Made by a program: the position numbers and the translations under genes. DNA of 64,000 nucleotides from Octopus sinensis (Eukaryota), in contig NC_042998.1 of NCBI RefSeq assembly GCF_006345805.1, positions 111,104,001-111,168,000 of the forward strand. The letters are read 5' to 3'. The notes below the pieces were generated by a model. The model was not told the origin of the DNA and made no database searches. It was given only the letters and a program-made list of their open reading frames with translations. This document shows positions 25,081 through 38,700 of the stretch, in pieces (the first letter of the stretch is position 1; each line of letters begins with the position of its first letter).

Positions 25081-25427
25081 AGGTTATCAACAGAGGGCAA
25101 AATATATAATTCATTGTTTAATAAGAAAACAAGATAACACCGTTGGTAAAATATGTAGGGAGGAAGATGAGAGGAAAGAAAATAAAAATAAAATTAATTA
25201 AAATAAAGTAAAGCAGGATAATATACAATGAAGTGGGGGAAATAAAATAAAGTAAAACAATATGAAATACATCAAAGGTAGCAGAGTACAAGGAGGTTTG
25301 ACTTTCTGCAATACAAAATTATTTCCAAAGATCACAGATATCAAAATATCAAAGTTTAAGTGGGTATTAAAGTAAATAACTAAACGGATAGACAGAGACA
25401 TAGATGGGTCGATAGCTAGCTAGCAAG

Positions 25428-25447
25428 ATAGATAGATAGAAAGATAA

Positions 25448-25543
<96 letters not shown>
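25428..25543 (+). repeat. (GATA)n array without a visible insertion
   Basis: Direct observation. Confidence 0.95.
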
Positions 25544-25544
<1 letters not shown>

Positions 25545-26467
25545 AGGATTTATCTAATTGCAACCCTTTCTCTCTCTAGTGGAGAAATAACAATCACAGT
25601 GTTCATGATGCTGGAATACGGTGCTGGGCGATGCGCTTTGTATAGTGTTCCCTCAACCCAAAGTAAAATGTCTCCTGGTCAACCCCATTTATGCTGCTCC
25701 GCAGGAGCATGACATCAGGCGCTGTCCATCGGGCGCTGTCCATCCGCACTGGATTCTCCGTTTCAGCTTCATCACTCCTGGTTAGGCGGCGGTTGATTTT
25801 GTGAAATGTGCTTCAACGCCTGTTGAAACTGGGATACCTTTGTTCCTCTACTTTTAAGTGTGTATGAGTGCTTATATGATACTCACAAACATTTATAAAT
25901 AGCTGTACTTACTGGTAATTATGTATATGCATATCTGTTTGTCTGTGTGAGTGTGAGTGAGTGCTTATGTGTTTGTGTGTGTGTGTATTATTATCTATAA
26001 TGTTCACCCAGGCACTCGAACCTTTAAATCATTTGTCTAACACACGTAATATTAGCATGCATTAAAACTATTGTTGCTCACAATCTAGTAAAACATGATA
26101 ATGCATATTTCACTAATTCATGGTGGATGACGAATTATCATCACGTTGGTATATACATGCTTTTGCATGAATATTTATATCATAACCAGGCTGTGCCAGT
26201 AAAATATTCTTGCTTCCTAATGCATATTATGTAAAATGATGTGGCCGTTTAAGTGTCTGTACATTGCGACCATTGACGATTGCAACATTGTTACACTCTG
26301 ATGGATGTATTTTAGAAAATGCAATGTATGACAATATATATAGTGAGAATTTACAAAAAAAAACAAAAGACGAAGACGGGTGTGTAAACAACGAGATTTT
26401 ATAACTAAATAAAATAGTGGAGAAGGAAGTACTAAAGATAGGAAACCGAATGCAAAAGAATGCAGAA

Positions 26468-28706
26468 ATATTTGGTATAAGCCAGTCAATCATAATGGAG
26501 ATGCAATATGGTTAAAGAAAGTGAGGGAAGAAGTAGTGAGTGAGAAGCAGCTAGATCTAAGATTAACTAGTGTACTAGTGTTAGGAAAAATTCCGAATTT
26601 AAAGGGTCCAGGACCAGATTTATTTCAAGAGTACTGCATAAAGAAATTTAGTAGTTTATATGGGAGGCTGAGGGAACAACTTCAGGATTACCTAAATGGA
26701 AGAATAATTCCAGATTAGATGACGAGTGAAAGAACAATACCCCTTATGAAAGATAAAGGCAAGGGTAATAAAGCTAGCAATTATAGACCAATCACTTTTT
26801 TACAATTAGTGTAGCAGCGGTTAACAGGAATCCTTTCAGAAAGCATTTACGAGCACCTTCACAAACGGAATTTTCTGCCAGAAGTGCAGGAAGAAGGCTA
26901 GAGGAACGCATGATCTATTATATATAAACAAAGCAGTTCTACATGAAGTAACGGCTAGAAAGAAAATCTAACAATGGCACAGATGGATTATAAGAAAGCC
27001 TATGATATGATACCACACTCACGGATAAGTGAATGTTTGAGTATATTCAGTAAAGCAAACAGCATAAGAGAATTAATTTGCTTTAGCATGAAGAAATGGA
27101 AAGTACATCTCTTCTCAGGCGACACAGTCTTAAGGAGAGTTAATACCAAAAGAGGAATTTTCCAAGGAGACTCGTTATCTCCTTTAATATTTGTCTTATG
27201 TTTGATGTCGTTCAGTTTAGTATGAAGGAAGGCAAAAGCAGAGTATCTGTTTTGAAATAGTAAGGGGAAAATTAATCATTTGCTCTACATGGATGATTTG
27301 AAGCTTTTTAGTAAGAATGAAAAAGAGATAGATTCCTTAATACAGACTGTAAGACTCTTCAGCAATAATATAGACATAGAATTTAGCATAGAATTTGGCA
27401 TGAAAAGGGGACATGCATGTCAACAGTGAAGGCATTCAATTACCAGACATTAAAATCATTGAAAAGAGAGTTATAAGTATCTAGGAGTATTAGAATCTGA
27501 CAGAGTACTAACTATTGAAATGAAATCGAAAATTGAGAAGGAATACATCAGAAGGGTGAGGAAGCTAATGAAGTCAATGCTAAATGGCCCGAATCTAGTG
27601 AAGGTTGCAAATACTTTGGTAGTATCATTACTTAGATACACAGTAGCTTCTGTAGGCTGGATAAAAGTTGAATTAGCAAGGGTAGACAAAAGACCTAAGA
27701 AGCTACAGCAGATATGGATTCCTATTTAGTTAATAGTTAGGATCCCGAATGGCCACCGCAGATAGCTGTGGAGGTCATAATGGTGTCTGTCGGGTATAGA
27801 CTGCAAGGACTCAATGCGGAATATCGCTTGTGGCCGGGCGACGCCGGCTCGGATCCCGCCTTGGTCTTGAATGAGGCGTGGGGGATGGTGGAGTATACGG
27901 GCACAAGCGATGTTGGGGAGGAATAATGTCAAGAGGTTGAAAAGCCTCAGTGTTATGTTTAACGTATAATGTATAGTGGTATAATGTTTAATGCATTTCT
28001 ATGAAAAAAAGAGACCAATGTTTTAGAGAAGCAAAAAGTCGGCGGGCGTTTTTTGTCTTCTCCCATTAATATCAACTTTATCATCATTCACCTCATCAAT
28101 GTCTTTGTCCAACCCGCAAGCGACTCTGTATCATGCCTTTATGTTTTGAAATAATGTAGCTAATAGTTAAGAAATTTATTAAAATCTGCTAGAGTCACTA
28201 CAAAACATAGGAAAAACGAAAAGTCAACGAAGTTGAAAACCAGAAAAAAGAACAAAGTTATCTGACTGGCAGGAGATGGCTTTGCATAGTAGATTTTCAA
28301 AGATAGTTGCAGCAAATAGTGGCTATCGTTGGAGAAAGAAAGGCTAAAAAGAGATAAGAAAGTTTGTTTGTAGCAGCACAGGACGAATCATTAAAGACGA
28401 ATTGGATAAAAAGCCAAGATAGACGAAAACCTAGTAGTTTCCCATTGTAGGTTATGCAAATCAAAAACGGAAAGTGTTACTCATATATTAAGTGAATGTA
28501 GCATGCTGGCACAGAAAAATGCAAGATAAGACATGACGACATAGGGAGAGTAATCTACTGGGAGTTATGTAGAAAGCTTCGATTTGATCATAGTGGTAAA
28601 TGATATGAACATGACCCTAGTAAAATACTAGAAAGTGAGAAATATAAGATGTTGTAGGACGTTAACATTCTGACTGGCTGAGTAATAGGAGCTAGACGGG
28701 CTGAAT

Positions 28707-28768
<62 letters not shown>

Positions 28769-29090
28769 TAGACAAAAAGAACAGAAAGTAACAGATAATT
28801 GATTTTACAGTCCAAAATGAAAAAATCAGTATGAGAGTTATAGACAAAATTGAAAAGAACTAGGACCTTTGAATTACAAAGACTATGGAAAGTGCGGGTA
28901 AAATGTGTCCCAGTAGTTATAAGTGCATTAGTGACGGTCCCTAAAGATTTGAACTGATGGATAGAGGAAATAGGCATAAAACCCAGTTTAATACAACTCC
29001 AGAAAACATTGTTATTAGAGACAGCTAGGATACATAGGAGTGTTCTTCGCATGTAAGGTTACTTGTACCCCGATGTTAGAAAACATTATT
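26468..29090 (+). mobile_element. Degenerate R4/Dong-like RLE non-LTR retrotransposon, interrupted at ~27730-28200
   Basis: KGPGPD, NYRPIT, DYKKAYDMIPHS, KRGIFQGDSLSPLIF, HLLYMDDLKLF, YKYLG, EYIRRVRK; then CRLCKSKTESVTHILSEC, RHD..GRVIYWELC, ARRAELV..DKK..IIDF, VPVVISAL, LQKTLLLETARI; many stops. Confidence 0.85.
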
Positions 29091-29121
29091 TTCCAACAGT
29101 CTAAGTAGTTCTTTGTATATT

Positions 29122-29688
29122 AATGCCCTGCTGCAGTACCAGGCAGTAGCTCGCATGGCTTCTGATTTTAACTGACTGGAAGTGTTATCATGTACACTGT
29201 TTTGTCTTGGTATAAAAGATGGGCTACAGTATATATTCTGTTCAAAACCACAGATTTGCTTGTCAGTTGTTTGACCTTAACCAGTTGAGCATGTCCCTTA
29301 GTGACTGACGATATGTGCATTTCTGATCACGATCAGAAGTAGTGGGGAGCATCATAACCATGTGTCGAGAGAAATTCTTTGGAGTTTGGATAATTTACAT
29401 CTGAAAACATGGAGGGTTTGTTCAACATCCTTAAACAACCCTTATTCAGGCATCTTTTGAGCGGGGTGGGGTACGCAACAAGAAGAAAATTCTAACTGCC
29501 CCCGCCTCTAAAATCATGAGCTGTTTATCTTAATATGAAATCACCATGTCGCGCACATATGGTTGTGATGCATGTGTCTGGTGTACCCTTATCAGACGAG
29601 TAGTCCGGATGGGTATACTGGGCTTCGTCTATTTTGCCCCAGTTCACCTTGATAGCATGCACTGCTCTCTCACTCAATAATAATAATG

Positions 29689-29756
<68 letters not shown>

Positions 29757-29764
29757 TAACAATA
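29122..29764 (+). mobile_element. ~550-bp non-coding segment ending in an (AAT)n tail (probable 3'UTR or non-autonomous partner of a Dong-like family)
   Basis: Ends ...gcatgcactgctctctcactc(AAT)n (tail 29677-29764). Only one copy in the window, so repeat status is inferred. Confidence 0.5.
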
Positions 29765-31352
29765 TGGATTTACCAAAGAAATAGATATGAAATTGGATTA
29801 GAAAAATGCGCCAAAGTAACCATGAGAAAGAGGAAAAACTAGTTAAGAGTAACAACATCACACTAGATAAAACCAATGAAATAAAAGAATTAGACCAAAG
29901 CCAAACTTACAAATACTTAGGAATCCATGAACTAGATAAGACACACACACAAATGAAAGAGAAAAAAAAAAAAGAATATTATAGACGAGTTAGATCAATA
30001 CTAAAAACAGAGCTCAATGCTAAAAACAAGATAATAGGTATCAACACTTAGCCGTCCCAGTTATAAGTTACAGCTACAATATCCTTTACTGGACACGAAA
30101 TGAACTGTCCAAAATAGATAGGAAAACAAGAAAAAATGACAGGATCTAGGATGCATCACCCAAAATCTGACATAGAAAGACTATATATACAACGTATAGA
30201 AGGTGGTAGAGGCCTATAAGCTGGAAAAATACTATAAAATAACCAAATAGGACTGCAAAAATACCTACTTCAGAAGGAAGGAAAACTGATCCAGATAGCA
30301 GCAAAACACGACCAAAACAAAAAATGTTCTCAGTATTTAAGGAAGCTGACAAATACAAACAAGAAATCATACCACCTATAAACACAAAGAAGAAGAGAAG
30401 ATGATGAAGATGAAGAAACAACAAAAGCTATAAAACAAATGAAATCCAAACTAAAAATAGAACAGCAACGAGCCATGATAAAACGATGGCAAGAAAAACC
30501 CTTCATGGTAAATACTGCACTAAACTAAACGCAAAAGAAATAGACAAAGAAAAATCCCAGCAATGGTTAAGAAGCTCAGGACTCAAAGCAGAGAAACAGA
30601 GGGATTTTAATTGCAGCACAAGACCAAAGCCTCCCCACCAGAAATTACCAAAAATATGTAATGAAAAGAAATATTACAAGTAACTGCAGAATATGTGGAG
30701 ATGGACAAGAAAACAATAAATCATATTATCTCTAGCTGCCCAGTCCTGGCTAAGAAGGAATATATTCACAGACATGACAGAGTTGGAACCTACATACATT
30801 GGAAGCTATGCCAACATTATGGAATAACAACAGAAAAAAGATGGTATAGGAACGCACCAGAAAAGGTCACAGAAAACGAGAAAGCAACCATACTCTGGGA
30901 TATGCCGATACACACAGATAGAGAAATTAAGGCCAACAGACCAGATATAGTTGTCAGAGATCATGAAGAAAAAAAATGCTTTCTAATTGATGTATCAATA
31001 CCGGCAGATGACAACGTGTCTCTAAAAGAAATGGAGAAACTTTCAAAATACAAAGACCTGGAAATAGAGGTAACTAGAATGTGGAACCTGAAAACAGAAA
31101 CAATTCCTATCATAGTAGGTGCATTAGGCATGATAAAAAAATATTCAGACAAATACATAACAAAAACACCAGGACTTACAAACACATATAACATACAGAA
31201 AATTGCACTACTAGGCACTGCACACATCCTACGCAGAACACTTTCCATACAATAACTATCAGAGCATCACAACAAATCACAGCACATACCTAAGGCACAC
31301 AGAGCTGCGCTCGGTAGTGAAGTGAAAGCACGCTATAAAAATAAAACTACTG
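29765..31352 (+). mobile_element. 5'-truncated R4/Dong-like LINE with CCHC + RLE endonuclease, flanked by (AAT)n on both sides
   Basis: GLEKCAKV, TYKYLG, EYYRRVRSILKTELNAKNKI, GGRGL, WLRSSGLK, CRICG..E.INHIISSC, RHDRVGTYIHWKLC, ILWDMPIHTD...RPDIVV...IDVSIP...EK.SKY, IIVGALG; 3'UTR then (AAT)n from 31353. Confidence 0.9.
30695..31255 (+). pseudogene. RLE (PD-(D/E)xK-type) endonuclease-coding segment of the Dong-like copy
   Basis: Track ORF of 186 aa containing RPDIVVRD...LIDVSIP...KYKDL. Confidence 0.85.
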
Positions 31353-31469
31353 AATAATAATAATAATAACAATAATTATAATAATAACAACAACAACAAT
31401 AACAACAATTTCATTTACCAGCTTGACTTTCGATTAAAATAAGCCATTCTTTCACGTGAAAGAAACACT

Positions 31470-32130
31470 GTTCATCTTCAGTACCATTTCAGCCGATGAA
31501 TCTTGCTTTTATTGCTGCAGTAGAAACAAAACGCAAATTATTGCAGTAGCGGTGCTCGCATTCACCATGACCAAAGAGTGTGCTAGACATTCAGTTTCTT
31601 TCAGATATCGTTTGCCGAAAATCGGTTGCTCCCTGTGGTGAACTGAATTTTGAATTTTCTTTCCGTATTTTGACTCGCGTAAGAGATGCGCCACAAAGCA
31701 GACCGGAATAGTAGTGTCATTAACTCTAACCTCATAACAATGCTGATAGAGTAATAGCTGATATAATTCGAGCCTCCCTCAACACGACAACATTTTTGTT
31801 TACAAAGAAGAAAATGGTAATCCTTGCTAGCGTACTGATGACCCTCACCTGAAAGCGTGGCTTCTTTTAATGGAGCGTCAAGCGCGTTTTCCATAATTGT
31901 ATTACTTATTTCTCCAAGACTTTATCATGTTTTCCTAAATGAAATCATTTTTCAGAGGTCACCATTCAAAAAATCAGTGAAATTCATACGTATTTACGGT
32001 TATTATTGAATATAGTTTAAGCATCATCTAGTTCTTCTGCAAAGCGTCTGAGTCTTGGAACACTTGCTGGCTTTCTACATACGTTCCCAATTGGACGACT
32101 TCGAAGAGGTTAGCAATTGATTAGAAATAC
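31470..32130 (+). mobile_element. Degenerate mariner transposase remnant
   Basis: TISADESCFY (cf. TGDESWVY), RILTRVRDAPQSRPE (cf. L.RLRDAVRRKRPE), HNNA (cf. HDNA), FPK, SQLDDFE (cf. SQGDYFE). Confidence 0.6.
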
Positions 32131-33461
32131 TCCTGGAAATACATTATTTCGTGCACCGCCGGTATACACTTTTAGGGTTTTCGAGAATTTTCCATTGTCA
32201 CCACTTTTATGCCCATATGTGTTGTGTGTCTTCGCATGTGCTTAGATTCTTAAGTTTGAAAAGAAATGTGTTTGCATTGGAAGAAATATGTGCACAGTCA
32301 CACATTCAAACATATACACATACGCACACATACTATAGACATTTTTTCATATTCTCTTTCTTCTTGAATATTAAAAAAAATATGTGTTCTACTCAATTAA
32401 GATTCTCTTCAAAATGACAAAAGATACACAACAAATACTGTTAGGGTGAAATTATGTTGAACCATACATATCCCTCTGTGCAATTAGAATATTAAAAGAA
32501 CAGAGCATCTCGTCGGATGACCGTTGACAATAGCAGTTAAGTTATTATCAAAATAATTGAAAGCTACAAAAGAGAAGATATGCAACAGTTACGAATTTGA
32601 TTAGAAGTCATTTCTCTAATGTTGTGTGAGAATTCAATAAAGGAAAGCTTTGTTAATATCTTGGTCATTCAATATATTGGTGCCAGAAATATTTGGATGG
32701 CCGTCATATGAAACGTTACCCATTCTCGTTAAGACACCGAAAATAATGTAAAACAAGCAAGTAAAACTATCAAATCATCTGACGGGAAAAAAGTTCGTTC
32801 ATTTCGTCTTTTAAACAGCGTTTACATCGTATTTTTGTTTGTTTTATTTCAGCATTATTATTATTATTCTTTTGTAGAGCTGCGATCTTTTATATGAGGT
32901 CGATATATTAACCATGATCCGTTGGTCAAAGGACAGTTCTCTATCGCTTTCTTGTTTTTCATTATCATTTAGAGTAGTATTTTTTCTATTTTTATACTAA
33001 TGTTTTTTTTTGTTTTTCATCCGCACATCAAGAGTTTCCCATACAAATGTTCCATTCCACCGTTCATATACCAACCGAGCCTCGTTCTTTATTATACCAG
33101 ATCCATCCATCCATATATCCATCCAATCCTTTATCCATCCATCCATGTAGCCATCCTTCCTTGTATCTCTCCATCCACTCTCTGCCCATCTAACCATTCA
33201 TTCATTTATCAATCCATCTAGTCACCTTCTCTTGCATCTCTACGTCCACCACTTATTTGCCTGTCTTCCAGCCATTCGTCCATCCACTTCTATACAACGA
33301 TTCCTATTTTTACATGATTATCCATTTGATAATTTATCCGACGGTAGGGGCTGTGAAGAGCGGGTTGAAATGAGACCAGTTTAAGAAAAGCAAAAGCAGC
33401 AGCAGCAACAGCAGCACAGAAGCAACAAAGAAGTGGCAGCAATAGCAATAACACCACAAAA

Positions 33462-33495
<34 letters not shown>

Positions 33496-34089
33496 CTAAA
33501 TGGAAATCATATTAATTGATTACTATTTGACCATATTTATTGATTTATTTAAATGAGTGACAAGAAACAACTCCTCACCTGCTACTCCTTTACATCAGGA
33601 GTACTGGGACAACTATGAAAATAAATTGTAAAAAAAAAAGCATTTGATAAAAATGATGCCAATATTTGTATAACTACCGTGTATGGCGGATTACGTTTCC
33701 GTTGGAAGTAAAAGAATTTTATACAAAATCCAATGATTTTTCGCTTTTTTATATTGCCGTTACCATTTAAACAATTCCGGAAAACAAAATAATTGTTCCT
33801 ATTTGTTTTATATTATATTATATTTATTGTTGTTGTTATATTATTATCATCACCGTCATCATCATCATTATCATCTACATTAGTATTGTTGTTGTTGTTC
33901 TCCTTCTACTCATTATCATTATTGTTATTATTACTATTATTGTTGTTGTCATTGCTGATATTGTTGTTTATTATTATTGTTATTGTTATTACTATTATTT
34001 CTATTTCTATTTTTAATTTATTCAGGAAGCATATTTTTATTGTGTTCTTGCACTGCACTACCGGACACAACTCTGTCTGTATACCTTGG

Positions 34090-34560
34090 AGTGGTTTTGT
34101 TGCTTCTATTGTATAAAAGCTCTCTTCATACAAGAGCTATATTTTGTATGTAGTTCATAACTGTAAGTACTGGAGTCGAGTTACGCATTTGTTTCCATGA
34201 AGTTTAAATCATTCTTAATGTACCTGTTATTATAGGTATTTTACTTTTTCTAGCCAATCCTATTTTCATCAGCCACCTATTTTTTTCCAGCAACTTCTGT
34301 TGTGGATACATGGAATTGATTGTGTAGTCCCTTCTTGTGTAATTCTTCTTCATGTCCTTTTTGTACTTCTTCCTTTGTTTTCCCTTTTCTCTACTCTCAA
34401 GAATCACTCGTTCCTAACTGTCGCTAGCAAGGTTTCCTTACTCTGGGCTAGGAATCTCATTAAGCTCTCGAGTTCGATTCGCACGCAGACTTTCCGTAAT
34501 AACCATTTAAATAAATTTGGTGAATTCGGTCTAGAAATCTGTTGTGTACAGCAGTAAACA
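34090..34560 (-). pseudogene. R4/Dong-like LINE fragment
   Basis: Minus-strand fragments EELHK.GLHNQF and EKNRWLMK resemble the K.LHG.F...SW.WL region of the copies at 28-30.6 kb; adjacent to an ATT-rich tract (33790-34010). Confidence 0.45.
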
Positions 34561-34691
34561 ACGCACTCCCATATATATATAGCGGAGTTTTTGCTAGAAT
34601 ATTCTAGCAAAAACTGTCTGATGAACGGCAACGAGAAACTCAGAGTAACAGATTTTGTTGAATTTTCTGCTGCTTTAAATAAAGTACACAC

Positions 34692-34812
<121 letters not shown>

Positions 34813-35210
34813 GGCGCAGGAGTGGCTGTGTGGTAAGTAGCTTGCTAGCAAACCACATGGTTCCGGGTTCAGTCCCACTGCGTGGCATCTTGGGCAAGTG
34901 TCTTCTGCTATAGCCCCAGGCCGACCAATGCCTTGTGACTGGATTTGGTAGACGGAAACTGAAAGAAGCCTGTCGTATATATGTATATATATGTGTGTGC
35001 GTGTATGTCAGTGTTTGTCACCCTAGCATTGCTTGACAACCGATGCTGGTGTGTTTACGACCCCGTCACCTAGCGGTTCGGCAAAAGATACCGATAGAAT
35101 AAGTACTGGGCTTACAAAGAATAAGTCCCGGGGTCGATTTGCTCGACTAAAGGCGGTGCTCCAGCATGGCCGCAGTCAAATGACTGAAACAAGTAAAAGA
35201 AAAGAAAAAA
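34813..35210 (+). mobile_element. tRNA-derived SINE (family A), full length, within (TA)n
   Basis: GGCGCAGGAGTGGCTGTGTGGTAAG (A-box-like)...GGTTCAGTCCC (B-box-like)...CAGTCAAATGACTGAAACAAGTAAAAG. Confidence 0.92.
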
Positions 35211-35644
35211 TATATATATACATATATATTCAATAAGCTAATATAGGTCGCACGAAGTGTTTGAAGACAGCCGGAAGGATATAAGGTGAGCTTTTCAAAA
35301 CCTGTTCGAGAAACTTCTCTTTCGGCAATTATTTTCGATATCTGTGTGAATCTGTCAAAATTTGCCCGACCACGTTGATAATTTATGTATTGAATGTAAT
35401 TTATTATCGATGAGCTTAAGGAAATTGCTGCATGCACTTCTTCAAGAGATCAGATGCAATAACATGAAAGAATAATGCAAGAAATAGGAAGTAAACTCAT
35501 CATCGATTAGATAATATATATTTGTGTATTTGCGTGCATACATGAGTTATAAGAAAGCGAGAAAAATAATCTGGTGTAATGCTTCATTCAATCTATGTGT
35601 TTCCGCTAAAATTGCGTGGAAATTACTGACACTAATTTGAAAGC

Positions 35645-36290
35645 ATTTTCCCCACGAACCCATCAATATCATTTGTACCGATATCGACATGGTTAGCAAC
35701 ACATTCTTAGATAATATCACTTGTAGAATTTCCTGCTATATTTAGAAGCAGCTATGCATCCACACAGTTCTTATTTATCACTCCAACATGTAACCCAACG
35801 AAAGGCCCATTAAGTGGGCCGTCTCTTGCAAAGGCAATGGTCAGCATAGCCACATACATATCGGTCGATGTCATCGAAGAATACTACACCGGTGAGACAG
35901 CCAATAACACATGCGTATGTTCAGCTATCTGGATAGGGAAAACTTCAGCTCCTCGTCCCAATACATCTGGAGAAGTCTGGACCATCGTAACGACTTTCCA
36001 AACATCAACTGGCGATCGCAATTTTCAATTTTGCTTCCTGCGTCACTCCGCACTTACTCTATCAGCTCACAGTAACCCAAAATAGAGATTGATATATCCT
36101 AAAGTTGTCACTGGGAAGAGGATCAATTTTTGTTGTTGAGCCATTGCCCGACCCATACAAAATAGTGTGTATATAATCCTTGTTGCTAGAAAAGATTGCA
36201 GCCAACATTTACTTATACTAGTCACGTAAATTCGGAGTTAACCTGACAGCTTCAAATAGACTACCTCCATTCGCGTAAATATTAAACATT
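35645..36290 (+). pseudogene. Possible CR1/L2-type APE remnant
   Basis: EPINIICTD (cf. PDIICITE), NDFPNINW (cf. GDFN.P.INW), PTF...QIDYL. Confidence 0.4.
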
Positions 36291-36661
36291 AGAGAAAAAA
36301 ACGACTGACACCATTATCCTCCCTGTATTACCAGATGGTACATCCATTGTAAGAACGGGTTTCGCTAAAAGAGCTAAAATAAACATGTGATCAGAACTCA
36401 CAAATAGAGGCCTTAACATTCTTACTTAGAATTTCTTTGGAGTTTTCGTCACGCTAATTCCTAACGCCTGATGAAGGGGAGGCACTCAAGACATAGGAAA
36501 TTTTAAGGTCTCACAATGTATATGCTGACTGCTACCATCTTCCGTTTCTTCATTCAAATGAAAAACGTGTATTTGTGTTCATGTGTTTGTGTGAGAGCTG
36601 CTTAACACAAACACACAGACATATCACGCACACATGCATGCATATATGTATAGATGCTTGC

Positions 36662-36708
<47 letters not shown>

Positions 36709-37599
36709 ATACATATTTATACATACATAGATACACTCACCCATATATATATATGATACAAAGTAGAGGAAAATGAAGACACAAATCCTATGCAGTCAAC
36801 CAAATTCCCGAACGCATAAATGAAGATATTCAATGAATATAATTGAATCATATACAGTTATACACATCAACATACATCATGCATGTATAGGCGTAAATAT
36901 TCTCCAAGATTATAAAGAATAATACCAAACATGCATAAAAATATAGGAGAGATATAAAAAGCATATAAAAATATATAAAAATACATATAATACATATAAA
37001 ATCACATATATATAAGGATTGCATGTTACAAGTTATGCGTAACAAATATAGGGTGCACAAACCGAATGAGAGGTTGATAAATATAGGAATAAAAATATCA
37101 ACCTTCAAAATAGCAGTGTACCTAAATCGTCTAAAATTTCTAAAACACCTAAAATATGAGATAAATGTGACAAAAGAGATCAAGGTTAAGAACAGTAAAT
37201 AAAAAGGATCCGTAAAATAGGAAGGTGTTCCATCTTCGCCCGTTTCAGTGGTACATTACTAGTCAGGGTTAAAAAATTAAAACTTCCATATATGTAATGT
37301 CCACATTATCAGGATGATATATTCCTTGGTGCTACTATCATAACTGATTTTTTTATTACCCACTATAACGCAGACGGGACATTATAATCTGAGGGGTCAG
37401 ATACAACAAAATGAGATTGCATAAAAATGCGATTAAAAATTAAATATAATATATGGAACAAATGATAACAACACAACAGACAACACGATAGGAGTGGTGT
37501 TTGGGTTCAGCTCCGACCCCACGAGATCCTATTCACCACTAATACCCGGAAGACACTTTTTTGGCATATTCACAGGGTTACAACCACTCGCAAAACTCG

Positions 37600-38700
37600 T
37601 GCTACATATTTCCATCTTTCGTTAAACATTTTCTACAACAGACACCTCTTCTCCAGCCTCTGTCTTCAGGTTGGAGCAATAGGCTTCTAACATTTCAAAT
37701 CATAATGCAGGGGTATTTTAAAGAATGAGTGAAGAGGAAGGCCAATAGATGTAAGTGGAGGACAAGGACAGAAATGGTAGGAGAGTCAAACTATGAAGAG
37801 GAATTGATCAAGGTTTTAATAGAAGTAAAAGTCCAAGTGGAGAGTCGGGAGATGAGAAGGAATGGGTCGTATGAGTAATATTGTGATGGGTGGCCGTTGT
37901 TGTTGAGATTGATAACAGATATTAATAGTTAGGGATGGTGAAGCAACAGAACTGAGAAAGAGAAATTGGTACAGTGAGAAAAGGGAGAGACAAGTAATAA
38001 AATGAGAGGAAGGGATATAGTTGTAGATGCCAGTAGTGTGGTGATGGGGGATTTCGAAGAATAAAGGTGGGTGGGCGGTGGAAGAAGAGTACTGAAGTAA
38101 GTAAAAAGGTACGGGAGTAAATGGCGAGAGGAGGACAGAGAGAGAGAAAGAGAGAGATAGGATGGTTGCAAAGGCATGAGTTAGATAGGAGGATGTAAAT
38201 TACTAGAGAGCTACATAATTTAGAAGTTTGATTGGAAAAAAATCAATAGTACTGCTTGAAATCGACAGTGCCGCCAATGGAAACCCTTGCCAGGTAGTAG
38301 CGTGGTGTTACTACCCAGCATTTGTGAATTAGAATTGGTAGACCCAAACATCCAGCGGGACAGATTTGAGACACTTAGGAACTGCAGGTCTTTCTACCTG
38401 CACTGGGGTTGGAATAATCTCTGGAAAAGTCTGGTTCGTATGATCAGTTACCACCAAAGAAGTATTATTACTGCTGCCGGGCTGGGAGGGAGTGCTACCG
38501 CTGCTATATATGGTCGTATTGGTAGTAGTGGAGTCTCTAGCATTATTGCTATTAGGTGCGTTGTGTGGAGTTCAGGGTGATTTGTCGTAGTCTAAAGTCA
38601 GGCGGAGAATTTTGCGTCTATTAGAGAAAGCAATTATGGATCCTGATTTTGGCGTCGTGGTGCAAGAGATGTTAATAGAAGCTTCATTGAAGAAGAGCTA
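37600..38700 (-). pseudogene. Possible Penelope-like ORF N-terminal remnant
   Basis: SLVVT...ERPAVPKCLKSVP (cf. VVTIP...ERSVLSKGLKFVP) and DPF...STWT. Confidence 0.4.

Noticed and set aside
25428-25543. (GATA)n array as a second Tx1 insertion site
   Set aside because: Neither flank resembles the element ends; an unoccupied array.
36468-36500. CTGATGA followed by a weak hairpin (hammerhead candidate)
   Set aside because: No properly placed GAAA or stems.
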